Source: an uncultured bacterium (lineage in GTDB: Bacteria > Verrucomicrobiota > Lentisphaeria > Victivallales > UBA1829). Taken from it: DNA of 64,000 bases. A model generated the notes under the pieces. It was not told the origin of the DNA, ran no database searches, and was given only the letters and a program-made list of their open reading frames with translations. Positions 8,882-16,691 of the stretch are shown one piece after another. The translations under genes and the position numbers were made by a program. The DNA lies in assembly GCA_949297765.1 (NCBI GenBank), contig CASFTV010000008.1:2137-66136 (forward strand), read 5' to 3'. Within the stretch, counting starts at the first letter, position 1. Each line of letters begins with the position of its first letter.

Positions 8882-10069
8882 TCACAGTTCCAGAAGATAG
8901 ACACCGCGTTTCCCGTCATGGGTCGAATCCACGGTGACGAAGCGGCCGTCCGGACTCCAGCGCGGATGGAGATCGCAGCGGGTTTCCACCGTCGGAACCG
9001 GCTCATGATGAAACGTGCCGAGCAGTTCCCATTCTCCGGTTTGCGCGTCGATCCGGATCAGTTTCTGGCGGGAATCGGTGTCGGGATAGCTGTCGGCGAG
9101 GATCCATTTCCCATCCGGGGAAAAGACCATGTGCGCCATGCCGCCGTGGCTTTCCGAAAGCTCCCGGGCAAGAAACGGACGGCGGCTTTCGTCGAACACC
9201 ACCGCGCCGTGTCCGGAACCGGTCCAGTCCGCATCGACCAGAATCTCGCGCGGAGTCCGTCCCCAGATCTGATGAGAGATGAATTTCTGCCACTGGCATT
9301 CGGAAAGCACGCACTCCGCATCGCCGCCCTCCAGAGAACTGGTGTACAGGAACGTCTTCCAGCGGATCTCCTTCCGTTTGCAGGATTCCGCGCACTGACG
9401 GAACAGCCAGAGCACTCGCGTCGAATCGCAGTTGACAATCGCATGATTCAGCCAGATGTGCTGCCCCGGAAGACCGTATGCGTACGGATGGCGCTCCATC
9501 ATCGTCCGGTAACTCACAATCAGCGTGGTTTCTCCCGTTTCGAGATTCATGCGGAAAATTCCGTCCGCGTCCGGATCCGCGGGATGCAGATCCTCGCTGA
9601 GCACCGCGTCCGCATAGCTGTATCCGCGGCGCGGAATCCGGGAGAAATTCAGCGACACCGCCCACTTCCCGTCCGGCGACATCGCATACACCGGAAGCTC
9701 ATACCGTCCGACCACCCCTCTGCCGATCTGGAAAATCCGCGCGACCATCCGGTTTTCCTTCTCCTCGTAATCGTTGTAGATGAAACAGTCCGGCCGGTGC
9801 TTCAGAAACAGCTCCATGCTCCCCTGCTGATGACACCATGCCCGCGTCTCCGTCAGCGGTTCATAGTTTCCCGCAAGGTCCAGCACTCCGATTTCCGCCG
9901 TCTCCCCGCGTTCCGGCAGACGCTCCATCTGCGGAATCCTCAGAACAAGATGCCGCCGGATCTCCCCATCCCACGGATTGCGGTCGTAATACCCGAAAAA
10001 ATAGTGCCCGTTGTCCGGAGACAGCTTCCTCCAGCGATGCCTCCGATCAATTTCCTCTGCCATTTCCAT
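8882..10069 (-). CDS. Cytoplasmic TolB-like beta-propeller protein, oligogalacturonide-lyase (PL22)-like
   Basis: 395 aa with no signal peptide and a strong AGGAGG RBS. Repeated SPDG(K/R)W/F propeller-type motifs (AMSPDGKWAV, VFSPDGKWILA, HPRWSPDGRFVTV). The C-terminal end resembles the Ogl-type ending as I recall it (not aligned here). Family call is tentative. Confidence 0.5.
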   Translation of the reverse strand: MEMAEEIDRRHRWRKLSPDNGHYFFGYYDRNPWDGEIRRHLVLRIPQMERLPERGETAEIGVLDLAGNYEPLTETRAWCHQQGSMELFLKHRPDCFIYNDYEEKENRMVARIFQIGRGVVGRYELPVYAMSPDGKWAVSLNFSRIPRRGYSYADAVLSEDLHPADPDADGIFRMNLETGETTLIVSYRTMMERHPYAYGLPGQHIWLNHAIVNCDSTRVLWLFRQCAESCKRKEIRWKTFLYTSSLEGGDAECVLSECQWQKFISHQIWGRTPREILVDADWTGSGHGAVVFDESRRPFLARELSESHGGMAHMVFSPDGKWILADSYPDTDSRQKLIRIDAQTGEWELLGTFHHEPVPTVETRCDLHPRWSPDGRFVTVDSTHDGKRGVYLLEL

Positions 10070-10084
10070 GCACCTCCTTTTTAT

Positions 10085-10096
10085 TTATTCGTATAA
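10085..10096. promoter_or_regulatory. 12-mer TTATTCGTATAA, candidate operator half upstream of the beta-propeller gene
   Basis: This is the exact reverse complement of the 12-mer at 11104-11115. It lies between the LacI-family stop (10114) and the propeller start (10069). Confidence 0.4.
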
Positions 10097-10113
10097 GCGT
10101 TTTTCAAAAAAAA

Positions 10114-11085
10114 TCACGTCGACTCCCGGACCACCAGACGGCAGGGGATCGGAACAAACGCATGATGCTCCGGATTCTCCAGGGAGGCGACCAGTTCGGC
10201 GATCAGCGCATTGGTGATTCTTCTGCGGGGCTGATCGACCGTTGTAAGCGAAGGAGTGAGATACGCTCCCGTGGAGATATTGTCGAATCCCGCCAGAGCA
10301 ATATGTTCCGGAATGGAATACCCGGCAAACGCAATCGCGCGCTTGGCGCCGAGAGCCAGTTCATCGTTATGAGCGAAAACCGCATCCGTCTCCGGATGGA
10401 GCCTGAGCCAGTCCTCGGCCGCATGGAATCCGGCCTTCATGGGATCCCCGGGAGAGGAAGTCAACCGAATCGGCAGAAGCGGAAGCCCGGCCGCACGGAG
10501 AGCATCGCCATACGCACGGAAACGCGGCTCCTCCTCCAGAGCGGCCCCCAGAAAAGCGATGCGGCGCCGTCCGCGGGCGATCAGGAATTCCATCAGACGC
10601 AGCGCCGCATGGTAACGGTCCGGAAGAATCTGACTGACCCCAAGATCCAGTTTTCCGTCTCCCCCGTAGAGCACCAGCGCAATCCCGTCGTCTCTGAGCG
10701 GAAGCAGTTCCTGTCCTCCGTTCGCCAGACCGATGACCCCCGCAACCCGCATCTGCCGCAGGATTGCAACCGTTCTTCTCAATTCCTCCCGCGTTTCGGC
10801 GGGCGCAAAATAGAGCAGGTAGCCGCGGGGGCGCAGCTGGTTCTGAATCTCCTGAAACAGCTCCGCATAGAACGGATTGGTCAGCCTCGGAAACACGGCG
10901 CCGATCAGACTGGTCCGTCCTCCGCGGAGCATCTGGCCCGCAAGATTCGGCTGATACCCGGCATCTTCCGCCAGTTTCCGAACGGATTCGCGCAGCGCCG
11001 GAGAGATCCGTTCCGATCCCTTCAGCGCCATCGAAACCGCCGCCTGCGTAATGTTCAGCGTCCGTGCAATCTCTTTCTGCGTCAT
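10114..11085 (-). CDS. LacI-family transcriptional regulator
   Basis: MTQKEIARTLNITQAAVSMALKG...AEDAGYQPN HTH, followed by a sugar-binding core (SLIGAVFPRLTNPFYAELF). Confidence 0.88.
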   Translation of the reverse strand: MTQKEIARTLNITQAAVSMALKGSERISPALRESVRKLAEDAGYQPNLAGQMLRGGRTSLIGAVFPRLTNPFYAELFQEIQNQLRPRGYLLYFAPAETREELRRTVAILRQMRVAGVIGLANGGQELLPLRDDGIALVLYGGDGKLDLGVSQILPDRYHAALRLMEFLIARGRRRIAFLGAALEEEPRFRAYGDALRAAGLPLLPIRLTSSPGDPMKAGFHAAEDWLRLHPETDAVFAHNDELALGAKRAIAFAGYSIPEHIALAGFDNISTGAYLTPSLTTVDQPRRRITNALIAELVASLENPEHHAFVPIPCRLVVREST

Positions 11086-11103
11086 GAAAACCCCGGGGGT
11101 TGT

Positions 11104-11115
11104 TTATACGAATAA
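11104..11115. promoter_or_regulatory. 12-mer TTATACGAATAA within TATAC-N6-GTATA inverted repeat, candidate autoregulatory operator
   Basis: Located 19 nt upstream of the LacI-family ATG (11085). It is the reverse complement of 10085-10096. Local context is TTTATACGAATAAGTATAC. Confidence 0.4.
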
Positions 11116-11200
11116 GTATACTGCAAAACGCAGGATTTGTCAAGAGGGGGAGGCGTGATTTTTCCGAAAAAAGTTTTTCTCCGCCCGGGAGGGGAACCGG

Positions 11201-12286
11201 TCAGACGGCCTCCAGGCGGAAGGGAATGCGGCGGATTTTCCCTGCGATTTCCAGGATTCCGCAGTGGTATCCCGGCTCTTCGATCATCCGGCGGATGACG
11301 GCGGCGGCGGAACGGACAAATTCGCTGTAATCGGAACGGATCATTATGATTCCCGGAATGCAGTCGCTGTCGCCCAGAATCTGAATGTCCCGTCCGGGGG
11401 AGAAGCCGAGTTCCCTTAAAGCGGTCAGGAGGGGTTCCAGATGTCCGAAACCGTCGGCGATCAGAGCTTCGGGACGGAACTCTTCGAGGATTTCCCGGAT
11501 CAGACGTTTCCAGCTCTGCACGATTTCCCTGTCCTCATGCTCATGCGGATAATCGTCGGAAACCAGCACTTCGATGCCATATTTTTCCGCCCGCGTCCGG
11601 ATTCCCTCCAGCAGACGGCGGAGATAGTCGATTCCGGGGCGGCTTCCGAGAACACAGATTTTCCGGCATCCGATTTCCCGGACGGTTTCGATGTAGGCCG
11701 CACCGCGCTCCTCGGTCCGTTCCCGAATCAGATCGTATGGCAGACCGGGAATGTCTCCGTGCACGAAATCGCCCAGGAACAGAACCGGATAGTCGCGCTT
11801 CCGGATCTGCATGATCTCCTCCGCCGGAACCGTGCTGGCATTGATGACCAGACCGTCCGGATGTTCCATGTCAATCTGATGCAGTTCATAGCGGAACGCC
11901 GCGGGAAGAAGCGGACCGTTCGGAATGGAGCGCATCTGCACATGGAATCCCTGCTGGATCATCAGCCCCTCGGACAAACCGAACACCCGGCCCAGATAGT
12001 TCAGGTCATAGGGTCCCTGAGTCTCGTTCAGCAGAATGAGTTTTTTCATTCCCGGCAGGACGCCGTCGGTATTGACAAACACCCCCGTCCGGGAACGGGA
12101 CGCCAGCAGACGTTTCTCCGTCAGGAGTTTGAAGGCCGATTTGATCACCTGCGTGCTCACCTGAAACGCTTTTGCAAGCTCCCGGATGCTGGGCAGGCGG
12201 GAACCGGGAGGGAAAACGCCCGTGCGGATTCCCTTTTCGATTTCCGCGGCGACCTGCCCCGACTGGGTTTCATATCGAATCCTCAT
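11201..12286 (-). CDS. GntR-family (winged HTH) regulator with LacI/PBP-type sugar-binding C-terminal domain
   Basis: RLPSIRELAKAFQVSTQVIKSAFKLLTEKRLLASRSRTGVFV wHTH. The C-terminal roughly 270 aa are periplasmic-binding-protein-like. Confidence 0.8.
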   Translation of the reverse strand: MRIRYETQSGQVAAEIEKGIRTGVFPPGSRLPSIRELAKAFQVSTQVIKSAFKLLTEKRLLASRSRTGVFVNTDGVLPGMKKLILLNETQGPYDLNYLGRVFGLSEGLMIQQGFHVQMRSIPNGPLLPAAFRYELHQIDMEHPDGLVINASTVPAEEIMQIRKRDYPVLFLGDFVHGDIPGLPYDLIRERTEERGAAYIETVREIGCRKICVLGSRPGIDYLRRLLEGIRTRAEKYGIEVLVSDDYPHEHEDREIVQSWKRLIREILEEFRPEALIADGFGHLEPLLTALRELGFSPGRDIQILGDSDCIPGIIMIRSDYSEFVRSAAAVIRRMIEEPGYHCGILEIAGKIRRIPFRLEAV

Positions 12287-12319
12287 CGTTCCATCAGACT
12301 CCTGTCTTCTCTCTGCGGT

Positions 12320-12348
12320 ATTATACTTGCAGAACCGCTGTTTTTCAA
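12320..12348 (-). promoter_or_regulatory. Sigma70 consensus-like promoter for the GntR-family gene
   Basis: The minus strand reads TTGAAA-17 nt-TATAAT. The -35 overlaps the stop codon of the pilin-like gene (12345-12347). Confidence 0.55.
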
Positions 12349-13142
12349 TCTCCCGCTTTCCAGGTCCACATTCCTTCCGGCCAGCTGGGTGCGCCGGCGA
12401 CCTTGCTGATCGTCTCCATCGGCCGGAACGACGTCACATGTCCGTCAACAAACAGATAGTTGAACCGTCCCCGGTGGGAGCGCGGATAAACGCCGGGATC
12501 CATCTGCTGCTCCACGGTGGAAACATTGCTGCAGGAACCGTTTCCGAGATAGTTGACATCGTTCGGGAACTCGGCATACATGAATGTTCCGGACGGCTGC
12601 GTCACCTTGCTCGCCAGCAGAGACCACTCGAAATAGGAGATTCCGCGAACCCGGGCGGGACTCCCCGCGGGCTGATCCCCCGGATTGCCGTAGGTTGCGC
12701 TGACAATGGAGTACGACCGCATTCGTTCACTGATCGACCGGTGCGACGGACAAAGATAGATTTTTGAACGTTTCCCCGCCGGACAGCTTGACGCTTCCGC
12801 ATCCGCCCAGGAAAAATCCCGTCCGTCATATTTTCCCGCTCCGAGGAGATCATCCCACGAAATCTGCACGGACCCCGATCCCTCGGAAGCGCAGGGAAAA
12901 TATCCCTGATGATTGTCAATGTAATTGATCGTTGCAAGCCCGATCTGCTTCATATTGGCCGTACACGAAATCTGACGCGCCTTCTCCCGCGCGCTGTTCA
13001 GCGCAGGAAGAAGAAGCCCCGCAAGGATCGCAATGACCGCAATGACGACGAGGAGCTCTATAAGGGTAAATGCAGACCGCCTCCCGGCTCCGGAAAAGAG
13101 AACCGATCTCTTCTGCCGATGGTCCGTTGTTTTTCTCTTCAT
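12345..13142 (-). CDS. Prepilin-type N-terminal domain / H-X9-DG protein, cassette C
   Basis: ...[31 protein letters not shown] with a 24-aa leader. AAGGAGAG RBS. C-terminal [13 protein letters not shown] is H-X9-DG. Confidence 0.88.
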   Translation of the reverse strand: MKRKTTDHRQKRSVLFSGAGRRSAFTLIELLVVIAVIAILAGLLLPALNSAREKARQISCTANMKQIGLATINYIDNHQGYFPCASEGSGSVQISWDDLLGAGKYDGRDFSWADAEASSCPAGKRSKIYLCPSHRSISERMRSYSIVSATYGNPGDQPAGSPARVRGISYFEWSLLASKVTQPSGTFMYAEFPNDVNYLGNGSCSNVSTVEQQMDPGVYPRSHRGRFNYLFVDGHVTSFRPMETISKVAGAPSWPEGMWTWKAGD

Positions 13143-13173
13143 TTTATCTCTCCTTCTGTTTTATTTTAATGGG

Positions 13174-13198
13174 CTCCGGAGGGAAATCCGCTCCGGAG
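13174..13198 (-). other. Stem-loop between hydrolase and pilin-like gene (CTCCGGAG-9 nt-CTCCGGAG)
   Basis: Two copies of the self-complementary octamer CTCCGGAG are separated by 9 nt in the 64-bp gap. No U-tract follows. Confidence 0.45.
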
Positions 13199-13206
13199 AA
13201 ATTCAC

Positions 13207-16200
13207 TCATTCGGACTGTCCGGCCGCCGTCAGCGACCGCCCGAGCGCATCGGGTGCGGACGGGCTTTCCACATAAAAAACGGTTCCGTTGAACTCCGTC
13301 GGGAACGTCAGAGGATTCCCATACAGATCGCTTCCCTTCGCCCCCTTCAGGGAACAGTCGACCGTTGTCTTTTTCGCCGTATAGCGGCCCGAGACCACAG
13401 CGACAGAGCGTTTCCCGTCGGAAAACAGATAGGCCCACAGATCTTTCCGGAGGGCCGTCCTGCGCACGAATTTCATCCCTTCCAGACGGCGCGCCATCGC
13501 AGAGTGCGCGGCAAGCATCGGATGCGGAGAACCGTCCGCGCAGAACAGGACGAGGAAATTCGGAGCGCTGGCAAAATCCATGTAGCAGTGCGCGGAATAC
13601 AGAAAGATTCTCCGCACGCCGCAGCCGAGCATGGAAAGCAGATAACGGACATTCCGGTCCGCGATGGCGGAGAAATCCTCCCGGTTTTCCCACGGAACGG
13701 TGTGTTTGTACATTCCGGCGTACCGGAGGGATTTGTCGCCGCTGACGCTTCCTCCGCTCGCGCCCTGCCCCTCCGACATGTAGACCGGTTTTCCGTTCAG
13801 AGCGTTCCGGCGGACGAGGAGGCCGAGAGCCTCGTCATACGCGATCTCGCACGCATCTCCGGGATATCCGGTGACGCGCGGCGTGTAGAAATGGAAATCG
13901 ACAGTGTCGCAAAAAGCAAGTCCGCCTGCGTCATACACGCCTTTTGTCCACTTCTCCCCCCGGACTCCGGCCGTGGTGTTGAAGCCGGAGATCTTCGCGG
14001 CCGGATTGACTTTTTTCGCCGCGGCACAGGCGCTTTTCATCATTGCGGCGAAATCCGCCTCCGGATGACGGCTGGTGATATAGCCGTTGTTCTCGCGGGA
14101 TTTCCGGTTGAAATCGACCGCCCACCAGGCGACGATCCACGGTTCGTTCCAGACGAACCAGTCGTCGATCACGCCTTTGTAGCGGGCGGCGACCGTCGAG
14201 ACATAGCGTTCAAACTCCTTCATTTCCAGAGGACGGAAATAGCGGTCATGATATGCGATCTCCGTCCGTCCGGTATTGACCCGGGAAAGAAAACTTGCCC
14301 ATTTCGGCGCGGTGCCGAGCTGTCCGAAGAGCCGGAGATGGTGATCGCGATAGCGTCTGATCTCGTCATCCCGGAACACCCACTTTCCTTTTTCGGGTTC
14401 AAGCCAGAACCAGCCGGTGAAATCGCCGCCGGCATCGTGCAGACGCACCCAGTTGACTCCGGCAGCCTTCACCGCCTTCAGCGAATCATCATTTGCCAGA
14501 ACATGGATTCCGAACGGCGAATCGGGCGCATCCTTGCCCCAGTAAAGCGGTTTCTCCAGCCGCGTGACCACGATTTCGTTGACCGGCGAGACCGCTTCTG
14601 TTCCGCGGAACGCCTGCACTTCGACGCGGAACTGACCCAACGGCCTCTCCGGAAAAACCAGATAGTTCAAGCGGCCGCTCCGATTCGTTCCGGAGACCGC
14701 GGAAACCGGAAGATCCCGGCATTCGCCGTACAGATTCGCGACCCGGGCTTTCAGGGTCACGCCGTCCGCTTTTCCCGAAACGTGATAGAGCACAACCGGC
14801 GCCTCCCCGGCGAACTGGATGCGCGAACCCGAAACCGCCGATTCCGGAACGGCAAGGGAAACTTCGCACTCTCCATCGGTTTCATATCCCTTCCGGTTTT
14901 CCGGCGCGGCGCGGAAGGAGTCGACATGGAGAATTCCCGTCCCGACCAGCCGGAACGTGAACGCCCGGGCATCCGCAGGAGGGGTGAACGGAACAACCAC
15001 TCTCTTCCAGCGGTCGGATGGAGTCAGACTGACGGATGCCAGCTTCCGGTTCTCCGTCCAAATTTCCGCAGCATAGCGTCCGCTTCCGCGGCAGTCGAAC
15101 GAAACCGCGTTCTTCACGCCCGGATCCGCCACGTTGAACGGTTCGCTGCAAAGCCCGAGCCGTTTTCCCGGAAGAGATTCGAGCTTCAGCGAAGCACAGC
15201 CGGACGGCCCCTTGACGGAGGGATCCGGCGCAATCCTCCCGGAGTAACAGACGCGGTGACGGGTCCATCCGCTCTGCAGTCCGAGCGGGAAACGCGTATT
15301 GCGGAAAAAGTTCCGGCTGGAAAGCGGCGGCCGACGGATCGGCTGTTTCTGTTCCTCGCACTCCTCCAGCTTCAGGTCGACGATGTCGAAAACACCGTTC
15401 TCCTCAAAATTCATCATCAGGGCGACCGGGAGATCCGGTTTGTTCTCCGGCACTTTCAGTTCGATGCTCTGCCGTGACCATCCCTCTCCGGGGAGCAGGG
15501 CCCCCGATGCCAGAACCGTGTACGGCAAAGGAACTATGCGCAGACTCATTGTCACCGGTCCGCCGGTCAGATTGCGGACATACGCCGTCAGCCGGTAGCT
15601 CTTTCCCGCCTCCACGTTTGAAAGCGGTGCGCGGAACTGCGGAGCCCCCTTCTGAATTTCAAAACGGAGAAAATGTTCAGGCCCCAGATTCACCACCTTC
15701 GAAGAGGCTTCTCCCTTCATGAAATGGACAAAATCCTGATTCCACGGTTCGGGAAGAACACCGCGGAAGGTCCCGGCACCGCGCTTCGAGCCGTCGCGGA
15801 CCTTTTCCGTGAAGTTCATGTCGAGGAGCACCGCATGCCCGCGTTCATCCGGAGCGAGTTCTTCGACGGAGATTTTGCGGAAATCCGTATTCCCTTCGCC
15901 GTCAAGGATCAGGAACAGCCCCAGCGGAACCGGGGATTTTTTCTCCGGAGAGACAATCCATGACATCGTCTTCCACTGCGGCGAAACACCGATCCTCCAC
16001 GAGCACAGCGTTGTATACGGCTGCGGGACCATCCGCAGGAGCAGCCGGACATCGCTCTCCGACGTGTTGCGCACAACGGCGCGGATCCGATACCTTCTGC
16101 CGGGAAGCAGTTCAGGAAGCGGAAGATAAAACTGCGGAGCGCCCGATGCGATCTTCCGCACCTTGAATCTCAGGAAATTCCCGTCCGGATCTTTCACGCT

Positions 16201-16410
16201 CTCCGTTTCCACGGCGGATCGGGTCCAGGAGACAAAATTCTCTCTCCAGTCCGGCGGAAGAGCGCCCAGAAAATATCCGTGCCCCTCTCCGCGCCGATCC
16301 TCCCGGACCGTCCGTCCGCCTCTGCTGAAATCGCTTTCCAGCAATGTCGTTCCTCCGCACACAAGGATCTCTGTCATGCAAAGGAACAGCAGAAAATATT
16401 GCTTCAACAT
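13207..16410 (-). CDS. Secreted multi-CBM clan GH-A glycoside hydrolase, cassette C
   Basis: 1067 aa. Hydrophobic N-terminus MLKQYFLLFLCMTEILVCGG. Central TIM-barrel-type motifs VNWVRLHDAGG, DDWFVWNEPW (NEP acid/base) and KPVYMSEGQG (SE nucleophile). N-terminal repeated beta-sandwich-like segments. Confidence 0.75.
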   Translation of the reverse strand: MLKQYFLLFLCMTEILVCGGTTLLESDFSRGGRTVREDRRGEGHGYFLGALPPDWRENFVSWTRSAVETESVKDPDGNFLRFKVRKIASGAPQFYLPLPELLPGRRYRIRAVVRNTSESDVRLLLRMVPQPYTTLCSWRIGVSPQWKTMSWIVSPEKKSPVPLGLFLILDGEGNTDFRKISVEELAPDERGHAVLLDMNFTEKVRDGSKRGAGTFRGVLPEPWNQDFVHFMKGEASSKVVNLGPEHFLRFEIQKGAPQFRAPLSNVEAGKSYRLTAYVRNLTGGPVTMSLRIVPLPYTVLASGALLPGEGWSRQSIELKVPENKPDLPVALMMNFEENGVFDIVDLKLEECEEQKQPIRRPPLSSRNFFRNTRFPLGLQSGWTRHRVCYSGRIAPDPSVKGPSGCASLKLESLPGKRLGLCSEPFNVADPGVKNAVSFDCRGSGRYAAEIWTENRKLASVSLTPSDRWKRVVVPFTPPADARAFTFRLVGTGILHVDSFRAAPENRKGYETDGECEVSLAVPESAVSGSRIQFAGEAPVVLYHVSGKADGVTLKARVANLYGECRDLPVSAVSGTNRSGRLNYLVFPERPLGQFRVEVQAFRGTEAVSPVNEIVVTRLEKPLYWGKDAPDSPFGIHVLANDDSLKAVKAAGVNWVRLHDAGGDFTGWFWLEPEKGKWVFRDDEIRRYRDHHLRLFGQLGTAPKWASFLSRVNTGRTEIAYHDRYFRPLEMKEFERYVSTVAARYKGVIDDWFVWNEPWIVAWWAVDFNRKSRENNGYITSRHPEADFAAMMKSACAAAKKVNPAAKISGFNTTAGVRGEKWTKGVYDAGGLAFCDTVDFHFYTPRVTGYPGDACEIAYDEALGLLVRRNALNGKPVYMSEGQGASGGSVSGDKSLRYAGMYKHTVPWENREDFSAIADRNVRYLLSMLGCGVRRIFLYSAHCYMDFASAPNFLVLFCADGSPHPMLAAHSAMARRLEGMKFVRRTALRKDLWAYLFSDGKRSVAVVSGRYTAKKTTVDCSLKGAKGSDLYGNPLTFPTEFNGTVFYVESPSAPDALGRSLTAAGQSE

Positions 16411-16470
16411 GAAAAACTCTCCATCATTTTCCGATTTTCTGTTTCATTTCTGCGCGCTTTATTTTAAATT

Positions 16471-16494
16471 ATATCCCAGAATATCCCAGATATC
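16471..16494. repeat. Tandem 10-mer ATATCCCAGA x2.4 in divergent promoter region
   Basis: Sequence is ATATCCCAGAATATCCCAGATATC. It abuts a minus-strand TATAAT (16468-16473) upstream of the hydrolase gene. A C7 run follows at 16496-16502. Confidence 0.6.
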
Positions 16495-16691
16495 ACCCCC
16501 CCTTTTGCGAAAAAAATGAAAACTTTTTTCCGGAGCTTCAGATCCGGAGGAAGGGAGGAGGAAAAAGAACTTGAAAACGGAAAAAATCGAAGTACGGTAC
16601 TTTCTGTTGCAACGGAATTCGCGGCGGATCGGGAAACGCTTCCGCCGGACCGGCAGACGGCATTCAAACGATCAGAAAAAAGGTCTTCTCC

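Noticed and set aside
8848-9006. N-terminal extensions of track ORFs: 8848-9006, 37842-37928, 39794-39844, 49076-49249, 50136-50225, 50203-50310, 52810-52938, 53934-53996, 60993-61058, 19217-19237, 24259-24264, 41555-41560 and 45363-45368.
   Set aside because: The extensions overlap upstream genes or promoters, lack an RBS, or begin at TTG/GTG. Downstream in-frame ATGs have good SD sequences, give family-typical N-termini, or form ATGA overlaps with the preceding gene.
16496-16502. C7 homopolymer as a phase-variation switch.
   Set aside because: Seven residues is short for slipped-strand contingency loci, and there is no evidence of length variation from a single sequence. It is kept only as a side note in the control-region finding.
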